Notes: a model not told the origin generated them from the letters alone. A stretch of 56,660 bases of DNA from Ruminococcus sp. (GCA_051880875.1 JBJEOU010000024.1:1-56660); one strand, 5' to 3'; positions 1 through 9,792 are shown, numbered from the stretch's first letter. Translations and numbers: made by a program.

Positions 1-8
1 AAAAAATT

Positions 9-43
9 GGCTATCGCAAAATTAATTTGCGGTAGCCTTTTTT
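9..43. terminator. Intrinsic terminator-like hairpin, possibly bidirectional
   Basis: GGCTATCGCAAA-ATTAA-TTTGCGGTAGCC stem with a T-run on the right and an A-run at 1-6. Confidence 0.7.
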
Positions 44-151
44 ATTAGGTTGAAAATGTTTACATCTTATCATATATGATAGTTTGGTTAAGTGTTCTGA
101 CTCATACCTTGTTATCTAAAGACAAAATAAGATATATTGACTACTTTTTCA

Positions 152-198
152 CTCCCTCAGTCGCCTTTGGCGACAGCTCCCTCATCCGATGGAGCCTT
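152..198. repeat. REP-like double-hairpin element
   Basis: CTCCCTCAGTCGCCTTTGGCGACAGCTCCCTCATCCGATGGAGCC: GC-rich, two stems (GTCGCC/GGCGAC, GCTCC/GGAGC) in an AT-rich gap downstream of mtnN. Confidence 0.55.
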
Positions 199-248
199 TG
201 TTTAATCCTTAATCTCATATGACATACTGGTGTCGGCGTTTGCCTTAA

Positions 249-947
249 TTATTCAAGAAACTCCTTCATAACCTTCATTGAATTTTCGGCGGCGAGGACA
301 CGGAATTTTTCAAAATCTACAAACTCATTGTTGTTAAAATCGTCGCTGATTGAACGCAGTACTGCATAGGGAACCCTGTTGCGGTAGCACACATGCCCTA
401 CGGCACCGCCCTCCATTTCACAGCACAATGCTCCAAACTCATCTGCAATAGCCTTTCTCCTGTCAATACTTGCAACAAATGTGTCGCCTGTTGCAACTCT
501 GCCAAGCACAGCCTTTACTCCCTTTACCACTTCACAGCACTTTAAAAGCTTTTCATATGTAGCCTTGTCAGCGGGAATATCAATCCTCTTTTCGTCTGTG
601 TACCAGATTTCTCCCCTTGGGTCGCCCATTTCTGTGCCGTCCATATCGTGCTGAACGCAGTCCTTTGATATTACAATATCGCCGATTTTCAAGTCCTTGC
701 TAAGACTTCCTGCAATGCCCGAATTAATAATAACATCGGGCTTGTAGTAGTCAATCATTATCTGTGTGCCTATGGCGGCGTTAACCTTACCGATTCCGCA
801 CTCCAAAAGCACAACATCACGGCTGTTGATTTCCCCCTTAAAAAAGTCAAGACCTGCAACAGTATTCTTCTCTGTATTTGTCATAACTTTTTTCAGTCCG
901 TCAACCTCAATTTTTAAAGCACAAATTATTCCTGTCATTTTTATCAC
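249..947 (-). CDS. mtnN: 5'-methylthioadenosine/S-adenosylhomocysteine nucleosidase
   Basis: GIGKVNAA, INSGIAGS, TGDTFV, EMEGGAV and RSISD motifs. Confidence 0.93.
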   Translation of the reverse strand: MIKMTGIICALKIEVDGLKKVMTNTEKNTVAGLDFFKGEINSRDVVLLECGIGKVNAAIGTQIMIDYYKPDVIINSGIAGSLSKDLKIGDIVISKDCVQHDMDGTEMGDPRGEIWYTDEKRIDIPADKATYEKLLKCCEVVKGVKAVLGRVATGDTFVASIDRRKAIADEFGALCCEMEGGAVGHVCYRNRVPYAVLRSISDDFNNNEFVDFEKFRVLAAENSMKVMKEFLE

Positions 948-1666
948 TCCAAATTATTAGTATCGTACATTATTACTGTCAATGCCACAAGGGGCGCAGT
1001 TTCTGCCCTTAAAATTCTTTTGCCAAGGGTAGCCTTTCGTCCGCCATTTTTCAGCACTAAGTCAACCTCTTCACTGCTGAAACCGCCCTCACTGCCGATG
1101 AAGATGCTGATTTCCTCAGGCTTTTGAGAAAGTATATCCCTTACACTTTCTCCACCAAGCTCATAAAAGATAACCTTTTCGCCCTTTGCGTTTTCCACTC
1201 CCTTTTCAAAGGACACAGCCTCCTTAACCTTTGGGACAATTCCTCTTCCGCTTTGCATAGCCGCCTGTTTTGCAATTTTCTGCCACCTTAAAATCTTTTT
1301 GCTCAAAGATTTTTGGTCGGGACGGCTGACGCACCGTGAGGAAATCACAGGGACAATCTCCGTCACACCTATTTCCACAGCCTTTTGTATGATAAATTCC
1401 ATCTTGTCCCCTTTTGGTAGTGCCTGATACAGGGTGACCTTAACGCTTGGCTCTGCCTTGCTTTGCTCACTTGACAGAATACGGACTCCTACAAAATCCC
1501 CCTCAACCTTTCCCACCACACAATTGTGGACAGTTCCGCTGGGTGAACACAAGGTCAGGGTTTCCCCCTCTTTCATTCTAAGGCTTTTAGCAATGTGTCG
1601 ACCGTCCTCGCCGGAAAGGCTGTATTCCTTGGACTCAATTTCTTCATCTACAAAAAAATGTGGCAT
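944..1666 (-). CDS. rsmE: 16S rRNA m3U1498 methyltransferase
   Basis: HIAKSLR, QKAVEIGV, AAMQSGR, IGSEGGF, LGKRILRAETA; 4-bp overlap with mtnN. Confidence 0.95.
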   Translation of the reverse strand: MPHFFVDEEIESKEYSLSGEDGRHIAKSLRMKEGETLTLCSPSGTVHNCVVGKVEGDFVGVRILSSEQSKAEPSVKVTLYQALPKGDKMEFIIQKAVEIGVTEIVPVISSRCVSRPDQKSLSKKILRWQKIAKQAAMQSGRGIVPKVKEAVSFEKGVENAKGEKVIFYELGGESVRDILSQKPEEISIFIGSEGGFSSEEVDLVLKNGGRKATLGKRILRAETAPLVALTVIMYDTNNLE

Positions 1667-1764
1667 AGCTTATCTCCTTTTTTCCTATAATAAATAATAT
1701 ATCAAAAGAAATGCGTAATTGCAACAAGTCAATATTTTTGATAAAATTAAAATGAGGTGATAAA

Positions 1765-2307
1765 ATGACATATTTAATCACAGATAAGGATTATTATGAA
1801 AAGACAAAGGGCATAGATACCAAGGGCATCGAGGAAAGCCTTGTGCATCTTCTCTACGAAAAGCATATGAAAATCGCCACAGCCGAAAGCTGTACCGGCG
1901 GTATGATTTCACAGCGTATTACCAATGTAAGCGGTGCAAGCAATGTTTTTGACTGCGGAATTTGCTCCTATGCTAACATTATAAAGGAAAAGCTCCTTGG
2001 GGTATCCAACAAAATACTGAGTAATTATGGTGCAGTAAGCGAAGAAACTGCCACACAGATGTGTCAGGGAATAATGAAGGTTGCCTACTCCGACATCGGA
2101 CTTGCCACAACAGGCATAGCCGGACCAACAGGCGGAACTAAAGACAAGCCGGTGGGTCTGGTGTTTATTGGAATCGCCACGAAAAACCACACCACAATAT
2201 ATAGAACAGAGCTTTGCCACTATGCACAACACTCAAGGGATGAGGTACGGACTATGGCAACAAATCTTGCAATGCTCCTTGCAACAGAGGAGCTATCCCA
2301 ACTCTGA
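1765..2307 (+). CDS. CinA C-terminal-domain protein / NMN amidohydrolase (PncC-like)
   Basis: ATAESCTGG, GAVSEE, TTGIAGPTGG, KPVGLV; RBS GAGGTG. Confidence 0.88.
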   Translation: MTYLITDKDYYEKTKGIDTKGIEESLVHLLYEKHMKIATAESCTGGMISQRITNVSGASNVFDCGICSYANIIKEKLLGVSNKILSNYGAVSEETATQMCQGIMKVAYSDIGLATTGIAGPTGGTKDKPVGLVFIGIATKNHTTIYRTELCHYAQHSRDEVRTMATNLAMLLATEELSQL

Positions 2308-2321
2308 GCTATAGAAAATAC

Positions 2322-2350
2322 TTGCTTTTTGTCAGGTTTTATGGTAATAT
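2322..2350 (+). promoter_or_regulatory. Sigma-A-type promoter of malQ-glgP
   Basis: TTGCTT-17 bp-TAATAT with extended TG. Confidence 0.55.
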
Positions 2351-2469
2351 TCTTATTGTTAGTTTTTACCTTAAATGCGGGGGTAAAAAGGCAGTTTTTA
2401 AGTTACGCATAATGCTTTGTAAACTTTATAAAGCATACACAACTTTATATTTAGAACGGAGTTGACTTT

Positions 2470-3963
2470 ATGGCAAGAGAAGCCGGCATATTAATGCCAA
2501 TCACCAGTTTATCATCTCCTTACGGAATTGGTACTCTGGGTAAAGAAGCCCGTGAGTTTGCAGATTTCCTCAAGAAGGCAGGCCAGAAGATTTGGCAGAT
2601 TCTTCCCGTTGGACCTACAAGCTACGGTGACTCCCCTTACCAATCCTTCTCCACCTTTGCAGGTAACCCTTATATGATTGACCTTGACACTCTCAAGGAC
2701 GAGGGACTGCTTACACAGGAGGACATTGACAAGGGATACTGGGGTGACTCAGAGTTTGAAATTGACTATGCTACTATCTATTACTACAGATTTGATGTTT
2801 TAAGAGTAGCCTACGAAAACTTCAAGAAAAAGTGCGACAGAAAACCTTTTACTTCTTTCAAGAGAAAGAACAGCAAATGGCTTAAGAACTATGCCCTCTA
2901 TATGGCTGTAAAGAAGAGCTTTGATATGAAAGCTTGGACAGAATGGCCTGACGAGGAAATCAAGCTGAGAGAACCTGAGGCTGTTAAGAGATACGAAAGA
3001 AAGTTTAAGGACGAGATTGACTTCTGGAGTTTCCTGCAGTACAAATTCTATGAACAGTGGGAATCTTTCAGAGAATATGTAAACGGTCTGGGTATTAAAA
3101 TTCTTGGTGATATGCCTATTTATGTTGCCATGGACTCCGCTGATACTTGGGCAAATCCCGAAATTTTCTGGTTTGATGAAGAAAACAATCCTGTTTGCGT
3201 TGCCGGTTGTCCGCCGGACTACTTCTCCGCAACAGGTCAGCTGTGGGGCAATCCTCTATACGACTGGGATTATCTTAAAGAAACAGACTACGAATGGTGG
3301 TTCAACCGAATTGCCGCAGCTGCAAAGCTCTTTGATATTTTGCGAATCGACCACTTTAGAGCTTTTGATACTTACTATGCCATTCCTTATCCTGCCGAAA
3401 ATGCTATCGGCGGCGACTGGTATGACGGCCCAGGCATTGAATTCTTTGAAATGATGAAAGAAGAGCTGGGCGACCTTCCAATTGTTGCTGAAGATTTAGG
3501 CGACCTTTTTGACAGCGTAAAGGAACTCCTTGAGGATACCGGTTACCCTGGCATGAAGGTGTTGGAGTTTGCTTTTGATAGTGGCGAGGCTAATGATTAC
3601 CTTCCACATCACTACACCGAAAACTGTGTTGTTTACACCGGCACCCACGACAACGACACCCTTATGGGCTGGGCTGCCCAGGCAAAGCCTGAGGATGTTG
3701 CTTATGCAAAGAGCTACTGCAACATCGGTGATGACGAAGAATTTAACTGGGGCATCATCAGGACAGCCTACAACAGTGTTGCCGACACAGCTATCATTCA
3801 GATGCAGGATATTCTCGGCCTTGGCACAGAGGCAAGAATGAATGTTCCGTCCACACTTGGCGGCAACTGGGTTTGGAGAATTGACAGCACCTTGTTAACC
3901 GATGAACTGGCAGACCGACTTAAGGAAATGGTAATCAGCAGTTCAAGACTGGAGGAAAATTAA
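2470..3963 (+). CDS. malQ: 4-alpha-glucanotransferase (amylomaltase, GH77)
   Basis: WQILPVGPT, DSPYQSFS, GCPPDYFSATGQLWGNPLY, RIDHFR, AEDLG, YTGTHDNDT. Confidence 0.96.
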   Translation: MAREAGILMPITSLSSPYGIGTLGKEAREFADFLKKAGQKIWQILPVGPTSYGDSPYQSFSTFAGNPYMIDLDTLKDEGLLTQEDIDKGYWGDSEFEIDYATIYYYRFDVLRVAYENFKKKCDRKPFTSFKRKNSKWLKNYALYMAVKKSFDMKAWTEWPDEEIKLREPEAVKRYERKFKDEIDFWSFLQYKFYEQWESFREYVNGLGIKILGDMPIYVAMDSADTWANPEIFWFDEENNPVCVAGCPPDYFSATGQLWGNPLYDWDYLKETDYEWWFNRIAAAAKLFDILRIDHFRAFDTYYAIPYPAENAIGGDWYDGPGIEFFEMMKEELGDLPIVAEDLGDLFDSVKELLEDTGYPGMKVLEFAFDSGEANDYLPHHYTENCVVYTGTHDNDTLMGWAAQAKPEDVAYAKSYCNIGDDEEFNWGIIRTAYNSVADTAIIQMQDILGLGTEARMNVPSTLGGNWVWRIDSTLLTDELADRLKEMVISSSRLEEN

Positions 3964-3964
3964 A

Positions 3965-6322
3965 ATGAGCATTATTGAAAATCTTGAATTAACAGCAAAA
4001 AACGACTACTGTAAAACTCTTAAGGAACTTTCTCCTGCTGAGCTTCACCTTTGCCTTGGTAAAGCTATGATGGGCGAAATTGCTCCCGAGTGGGAAAAGT
4101 GCAAGAAGAAGCATGCTTCTAAGAGAAGAGCATACTACTTCTCCGCTGAGTTCCTTATGGGTAGAATGATGTACAACAACCTTTACTGCATGGGTATTCT
4201 TGACACAACAAAGAAGCTCCTTAAGTCAAAGGGTATTGACATCAATGTATTTGAAGATATTGACGATGCCGCTTTAGGTAACGGTGGTCTTGGCAGACTT
4301 GCAGCTTGCTTCCTTGATTCTGCAGCTACACAGGAGGTTCCTCTTGACGGTTACGGAATCCGCTACAAGTACGGTCTGTTCAAACAGCTTATCGAAGACG
4401 GTTATCAGGTAGAAATCGCTGACAACTGGCAGAGATTTGAAGACCCATGGTGTATTCGCCGTGAGGAAGACGCTGTTGAAGTTCACTTCCAGGGTCAGAC
4501 AGTTAAGGCTGTTCCTTATGATATGGCTGTTATCGGCTACGGCGGAAAGAGCATCAACACACTTCGTCTGTGGCAGGCAGAGGCCGTTGAAGAATTCGAC
4601 TTCCTCGCTTTCAACGCTTCCCATTATGACGAGGCTGTTAAGGCTAAGAATGACGCTGAGAACATTTCTCAGGTTCTCTATCCTAACGATAACACTCACG
4701 AGGGTAAGCTCCTCCGTCTTAAGCAGCAGTATTTCTTCTGTTCCGCATCTCTTCAGGACATCATCAAGAGATACAAGGCAAAGTACGGCAACGACTTCAG
4801 CAAGTTTGCTGACCACGCTGCTATCCAGCTTAACGATACTCACCCTGTTATCTCTATTCCAGAGCTTATCAGACTTCTCGGTCTTGAGGGCATAAGCTTT
4901 GACGAAGCACTTAAGATTGCACAGAAGACATTTGCTTATACTAACCACACAGTTTTAGGCGAAGCTCTTGAAAAGTGGAACAAGAACCTCATCAGAGAAA
5001 TCCTCCCTGAGATTCTTACAATTATCGAGAGAATCGCTATTCACGAATACAACGACATGCACTCCAAGGGTGTAAGCGACGCACAGTTCGCAAAGAAGAT
5101 GGCTATCATCGACGGCGACCTTGTTCATATGGCAAGACTTGCTTGCTATGTTGGCTCCTATGTTAACGGCGTTGCTTGGATTCATACAGAAATCCTCAAG
5201 GACGATGTTCTTAAGGAATGGTATGAGCTTTATCCTGAAAGATTCCAGAACAAGACAAACGGTATCACACAGAGAAGATGGCTTGGACTTTGTAACCCAG
5301 AGCTTGCTGATTTCATCACAGAGAGAGTTGGCGACGGCTGGGTTAAGGACCTCTCCCTCCTCAAGGGTCTTGAAGAGAATCTTGACGCTAAGACAGTTCG
5401 TGCATTCAACACAATCAAGAAGAAGAAGAAAACTCAGCTTGCTAAGTACATCAAGGAAACAGAGGGTGTTGAAATCGACCCAACATTCATCTTTGATATC
5501 CAGGTTAAGAGACTTCACGAATACAAGAGACAGCTCCTTAACGCTTTCTCCATCTTAATGATTTACAACAAGCTTAAGAAGGGCGAGCTTAAGGATTGGC
5601 AGCCAACAGCCTTCATCTTCGGTGCAAAGGCAGCTCCGGGTTATGCAAGAGCTAAGGCTATCATTAAGTACATCAACGAAATCGCAAAGCTTGTAAACAA
5701 CGACCCTGATACAAAGGATAAGCTTATGGTTCACTTTGTTCAGAACTACAATGTTTCCTATGCAGAGAAGATTGTTGTTGCCGCTGATGTTTCCGAGCAG
5801 ATTTCCACAGCAGGTACAGAGGCTTCCGGTACAGGTAATATGAAGTTTATGCTTAACGGTGCTGTAACTCTTGGTACTTACGACGGTGCTAATGTTGAGA
5901 TTGCTCAGCAGGCAGGCATTGAGAACGAGTACATCTTCGGCGCAAGGGTTGAAGAGATTGACAAGCTCAAGGCTGAAAAGAGCTACAACCCAAGGGAAAT
6001 CTACGACAACGACCCAGAAATCAAGGCTGTTCTCGACACACTTGTTGACGGAACATTCTCTGACGGCGGTGCAGTTGGCGAGGGTTCATTCGCAGAGCTT
6101 TACACAGGTATCCTCAACGGTACAACATGGCACGACCCAGACCACTACTTCCTGCTCCTTGACCTTAAGGACTATGTTGACACAAAGATTCAGTGCAACA
6201 AGGACTATCAGGACAGAACAGCATTTGGCAAGAAGTGCTTAATGAACATTGCAAACGCAGGTATGTTCTCATCAGACAGAACAATCCTCCAGTACGCAAA
6301 GGAACTCTGGCACGTAAAGTAA
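3965..6322 (+). CDS. glgP: Glycogen/maltodextrin phosphorylase (GT35)
   Basis: ALGNGGLGRLAACF, QLNDTHP, VKRLHEYKRQ, PLP site EASGTGNMKFMLNG. Confidence 0.96.
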   Translation: MSIIENLELTAKNDYCKTLKELSPAELHLCLGKAMMGEIAPEWEKCKKKHASKRRAYYFSAEFLMGRMMYNNLYCMGILDTTKKLLKSKGIDINVFEDIDDAALGNGGLGRLAACFLDSAATQEVPLDGYGIRYKYGLFKQLIEDGYQVEIADNWQRFEDPWCIRREEDAVEVHFQGQTVKAVPYDMAVIGYGGKSINTLRLWQAEAVEEFDFLAFNASHYDEAVKAKNDAENISQVLYPNDNTHEGKLLRLKQQYFFCSASLQDIIKRYKAKYGNDFSKFADHAAIQLNDTHPVISIPELIRLLGLEGISFDEALKIAQKTFAYTNHTVLGEALEKWNKNLIREILPEILTIIERIAIHEYNDMHSKGVSDAQFAKKMAIIDGDLVHMARLACYVGSYVNGVAWIHTEILKDDVLKEWYELYPERFQNKTNGITQRRWLGLCNPELADFITERVGDGWVKDLSLLKGLEENLDAKTVRAFNTIKKKKKTQLAKYIKETEGVEIDPTFIFDIQVKRLHEYKRQLLNAFSILMIYNKLKKGELKDWQPTAFIFGAKAAPGYARAKAIIKYINEIAKLVNNDPDTKDKLMVHFVQNYNVSYAEKIVVAADVSEQISTAGTEASGTGNMKFMLNGAVTLGTYDGANVEIAQQAGIENEYIFGARVEEIDKLKAEKSYNPREIYDNDPEIKAVLDTLVDGTFSDGGAVGEGSFAELYTGILNGTTWHDPDHYFLLLDLKDYVDTKIQCNKDYQDRTAFGKKCLMNIANAGMFSSDRTILQYAKELWHVK

Positions 6323-6362
6323 TTTAGAATTAATAATTTTGGTTGTCAGTTGGGCAACTTAC

Positions 6363-6399
6363 AAAAGTCGGGTAATTCATCTGAATTACCCGACTTTTT
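6363..6399. terminator. Bidirectional terminator between glgP and the convergent islet
   Basis: AAAAGTCGGGTAATTCA-TC-TGAATTACCCGACTTTT perfect stem. Confidence 0.85.
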
Positions 6400-6415
6400 G
6401 ATGTTTTTGTTTAAT

Positions 6416-6736
6416 TTACAAACTAAATTTGATTTGTTCTATAACCTTCATAAGTGATTTCTTTGGGACAGCCAAAACAACCCCGTCAAGAGCCATTTCG
6501 CTACCTCCGGCACTACCTAAACCTGCCTGCACCCAAGCAGATAAAATAATGCTGTTTTCGTCTAACTCCAGCTTTACAAATTTCATAGCAGATAACAAAC
6601 CTGTACCCTTTTTCCATACCGTTTCGCCGTTTCTGGAAATTTCCTTAAATCCATTTTCCATTAGGATTGAAGTTGCTGTTTTGTACGCTTTGTCAGCATT
6701 ATCTTTATAAGCTAACTTAATTGTAGTACGAGCCAT
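6416..6736 (-). CDS. Hypothetical protein, 106 aa
   Basis: RBS GAGGTG inside the upstream gene end; 4-bp gap, operon-like. Confidence 0.75.
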   Translation of the reverse strand: MARTTIKLAYKDNADKAYKTATSILMENGFKEISRNGETVWKKGTGLLSAMKFVKLELDENSIILSAWVQAGLGSAGGSEMALDGVVLAVPKKSLMKVIEQIKFSL

Positions 6737-6740
6737 ATTA

Positions 6741-7088
6741 TCACCTCTTATTCGTCAATTCACAGCCACATCTGGGGCATTTTGTGCAATTTGCAGAAAT
6801 ATTTATTCCGCAGTTTGAACAAACATCTCCAGATTTTTCCCCATTATTATTACCTGTTATTTCCTTTAATTTTCCCTCATTTTTATTCTTAATAACAGCA
6901 AAAATAATAGTCATAATCCCTGCCACAAGTAAAATTACAGAAATAATTAAAATAGTCATCACCGATTTCTCATGACTTGTAAAGGGAGAAGTATAACTGT
7001 AGTGACGGTCATTCATTATATAAACAATAGAACCAAATGTTCCTCCGGCACCAAACGCAGTCATAAGATAACCAACAATCATATTCAT
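6741..7088 (-). CDS. Two-TM membrane protein with C-terminal zinc ribbon
   Basis: Two hydrophobic helices, then CSNC...CTKCPRC; RBS AAAGGAG. Confidence 0.8.
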   Translation of the reverse strand: MNMIVGYLMTAFGAGGTFGSIVYIMNDRHYSYTSPFTSHEKSVMTILIISVILLVAGIMTIIFAVIKNKNEGKLKEITGNNNGEKSGDVCSNCGINISANCTKCPRCGCELTNKR

Positions 7089-7107
7089 TTATTTACTCCT
7101 TTCTAAC

Positions 7108-7476
7108 CTACTGTTTTTCATAAGTTTTCTTATTGAAAATAAGTGTATCTCCGGAAAGATAATAATAATCGCTATCATCTAAAGCCTGTTCTTCATTTTC
7201 GGCTTCATCAAAGTTCTTTGTTCCATCCCATTCCATAGTGAATATAAGCGTTCCATCATCCTGTATTCTGTAAGACACAGGATATGCGCCTGTATTTCCA
7301 TGAGTATGAATATCTGAACAAGTACCATCTTCATTAAAATACATTTTTGAATCCGTTACTTCTCCGTCATTATTTATTTTTGCCCAAGTTCCAACAAGAG
7401 GATCACCTCCACAGCCAGACAAAACAGTACAGAACACAACACAGGTTAATAACAAAGCTAAAATTCTTTTCATCAT
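7108..7476 (-). CDS. Small lipoprotein (DUF5640-like beta fold)
   Basis: Lipobox LSGC, then DPLVGTW and FNEDGT; RBS GGAGGGG. Confidence 0.8.
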   Translation of the reverse strand: MMKRILALLLTCVVFCTVLSGCGGDPLVGTWAKINNDGEVTDSKMYFNEDGTCSDIHTHGNTGAYPVSYRIQDDGTLIFTMEWDGTKNFDEAENEEQALDDSDYYYLSGDTLIFNKKTYEKQ

Positions 7477-7513
7477 TTCCCCTCCTTTGCAAATTATTTT
7501 GAAGCTTCATAAC

Positions 7514-7608
7514 TGTATTATATCATTGTGTAATACATATTGCAATACAAAAAGTAGTACTACTTTTTTGTATATTTTGCATACAATAGTATTATAGATT
7601 GTATTGCA
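7514..7608. promoter_or_regulatory. Divergent promoter region with candidate operator repeats
   Basis: TGCAATACAA (7541-7550) and TTGTATTGCA (7599-7608) are perfect inverted repeats; perfect 20-bp palindrome at 7549-7568. Confidence 0.55.
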
Positions 7609-7620
7609 GGAGATATAGTA

Positions 7621-7815
7621 ATGAAAAAGTTTAAAATCCCCCAAATGCCCCAAACAACCAGCAAAAGCATACGATTCCCCAATGATGTAATAGACGAGGT
7701 AGAATCTGCCCTTGTGGGAACTGACTGCACCTTTTCCGCTTTTGTTGTGGAGGCTGTGCGGGTTGCCTTGGAAAACCTGAAAGAGGACGAAGAAGAAAGC
7801 TCTGACCAATATTAG
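7621..7815 (+). CDS. Small ribbon-helix-helix DNA-binding protein (YlcI/YnfO-like)
   Basis: TTSKSIRFP strand, then two helices (FSAFVVEAVRVALE) and an acidic tail; RBS CAGGAG. Confidence 0.78.
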   Translation: MKKFKIPQMPQTTSKSIRFPNDVIDEVESALVGTDCTFSAFVVEAVRVALENLKEDEEESSDQY

Positions 7816-7819
7816 CACA

Positions 7820-7855
7820 ATCCCTCGGCACTTCAATTTTGCCGAGGGGATTTTT
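7820..7855 (+). terminator. Intrinsic terminator
   Basis: CCCTCGGCA...TGCCGAGGG followed by ATTTTT. Confidence 0.75.
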
Positions 7856-7898
7856 CTATAACTATATTGTTTACAAAATAACTAAAACTGTTCATTTT

Positions 7899-7955
7899 GT
7901 GCCACGATTATTGGCACTTGGGGCACTTGCACTTACCGGATAAAAATGATAAAAT
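7899..7955 (+). promoter_or_regulatory. leuCD promoter with upstream GGCAC repeats
   Basis: TTGCAC(7927)-17 bp-TAAAAT(7950) with TG; GTGCCA-N7-TGGCAC plus a direct GGCACTTG repeat. Confidence 0.5.
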
Positions 7956-8025
7956 TATAATGTGATATTTTAGGGTGTTGCAAAATATCCTTTACACCCA
8001 AATGATTTTGAAAGGAATGACTGAA

Positions 8026-9291
8026 ATGGGTATGACTATGACTCAGAAGATTCTTGCGGCACACGCAGGACTCCCTGAGGTTAAAGCGGGACAGCTTATT
8101 GAGGCAAACCTGGACTTGGTACTTGGCAATGATGTTACCTGTCCTGTTGCCATAAATGTTTTTGAAGAAAACGGCGCTGACTCCGTATTTGACAACACAA
8201 AGATTGCAATGATTATGGACCACTTCACCCCTAACAAGGATATCAAAGCCGCTGAACAGGTGAAGATTTCCCGTCAGTTTGCTGACAAATATGACATTAA
8301 GAATTACCGTGATGTAGGACAGATGGGCATTGAACACGCACTTCTTCCGGAAATCGGGCTTGTAGGTCCCGGTTCTCTGTGTATTGGTGCCGACTCCCAC
8401 ACCTGTACATACGGTGCACTTGGGGCATTTTCAACAGGTGTCGGCTCAACAGATATGTGTGCCGGTATGATTTCCGGCAAGGCTTGGTTTAAGGTGCCTT
8501 CCGCCATTAAGTTTGAGCTTGTGGGCAAGCCACAGGGTTATGTAAGCGGTAAGGATGTTATCCTCCACATCATCGGTATGATTGGCGTTGACGGCGCTCT
8601 CTACAAATCAATGGAATTTTGCGGTGAGGGCATTAAGTATCTCAATATGGACGACAGGCTTTGCATTGCCAATATGGCTATTGAAGCCGGCGGTAAAAAC
8701 GGTATCTTCCCTGTTGACGACATTACAAGGGAATACTGCAACGGTCGTTTCCAGGGTGAGCCTGTGGAATACACAGCTGACGAGGACGCACAGTATGACG
8801 AAACATATGTAATCGACCTTTCCACCCTCCGTCCAACAGTTGCTTTCCCTCATCTTCCTGAGAACACAAGAACTGTTGACGAAATCGGCGAAACAGAGGT
8901 CAAGATTGACCAGTGTGTTATCGGCTCCTGTACAAACGGCAGACTTTCTGACCTGAGAGCCGCCGCAAAGGTGCTGAAGGGCAAAAAGATTGCAAAGGGC
9001 GTAAGATGTATCATCTTCCCCGGCACTCAGCAAATCTGGAAGGACGCAATGCACGAGGGTCTTTTTGACATATTCATTGACGCCGGTGCTGTTGTTTCAA
9101 CTCCTACCTGCGGACCTTGTCTTGGCGGTCATATGGGTATTCTGGCTGCAGGAGAAAAAGCAATTTCCACAACAAACAGAAACTTTGTTGGCAGAATGGG
9201 TCATGTTGACAGCGAGGTTTACCTTGCTTCCCCTGCGGTTGCTGCGGCATCTGCTGTTAAGGGCTACATCACAGACCCTGAAAAGCTTTGA
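8026..9291 (+). CDS. leuC: 3-isopropylmalate dehydratase large subunit
   Basis: [31 protein letters not shown]; start moved to the ATG after RBS AAAGGA. Confidence 0.93.
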   Translation: MGMTMTQKILAAHAGLPEVKAGQLIEANLDLVLGNDVTCPVAINVFEENGADSVFDNTKIAMIMDHFTPNKDIKAAEQVKISRQFADKYDIKNYRDVGQMGIEHALLPEIGLVGPGSLCIGADSHTCTYGALGAFSTGVGSTDMCAGMISGKAWFKVPSAIKFELVGKPQGYVSGKDVILHIIGMIGVDGALYKSMEFCGEGIKYLNMDDRLCIANMAIEAGGKNGIFPVDDITREYCNGRFQGEPVEYTADEDAQYDETYVIDLSTLRPTVAFPHLPENTRTVDEIGETEVKIDQCVIGSCTNGRLSDLRAAAKVLKGKKIAKGVRCIIFPGTQQIWKDAMHEGLFDIFIDAGAVVSTPTCGPCLGGHMGILAAGEKAISTTNRNFVGRMGHVDSEVYLASPAVAAASAVKGYITDPEKL

Positions 9292-9306
9292 TAAGGAGGA
9301 AATAAT

Positions 9307-9792
9307 ATGAATGCACATGGCGTAGTACATAAATACGGAGATAATGTTGACACAGATGTTATCATCCCGGCAAGATACCTTAACACATCCTCTCACAGCG
9401 AGCTTGCCGCCCACTGTATGGAGGACATTGACAAGGACTTTGTTAAGAATGTAAAGGAAGGCGACATCATTGTTGCCGAAAAGAACTTTGGCTGTGGTTC
9501 ATCCCGTGAACACGCACCAATCGCTATTAAGGCATCAGGTGTAAGCTGTGTTATTGCCTCAACCTTTGCAAGAATTTTCTACAGAAATTCTATCAACATC
9601 GGACTTCCTATTCTGGAGTGCGATGAAGCAGCCAAGGAGATTAAGTCCGGCGACACAGTTTCCGTCAACTTTGACACAGGTGTTATCACAGACGAAACAA
9701 CAGGCAAAACCTATCAGGCAGAGCCATTCCCTGAGTTTATTCAGAACATAATCTCAAAGGGCGGATTAATCAACTCAATACTTGACAAATAA
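9307..9792 (+). CDS. leuD: 3-isopropylmalate dehydratase small subunit
   Basis: [32 protein letters not shown]. Confidence 0.93.
   Translation: MNAHGVVHKYGDNVDTDVIIPARYLNTSSHSELAAHCMEDIDKDFVKNVKEGDIIVAEKNFGCGSSREHAPIAIKASGVSCVIASTFARIFYRNSINIGLPILECDEAAKEIKSGDTVSVNFDTGVITDETTGKTYQAEPFPEFIQNIISKGGLINSILDK

Noticed and set aside
4274-5518. Minus-strand ORFs of 224 and 187 aa inside glgP
   Set aside because: Expected from strong codon bias on the sense strand
7507-7836. 109-aa minus-strand ORF as a possible toxin for the RHH protein
   Set aside because: Fully antisense to the RHH gene, spans its promoter and terminator, no RBS
7912-7934. TGGCAC...TTGC as a sigma-54 promoter
   Set aside because: GG-to-GC spacing does not fit -24/-12
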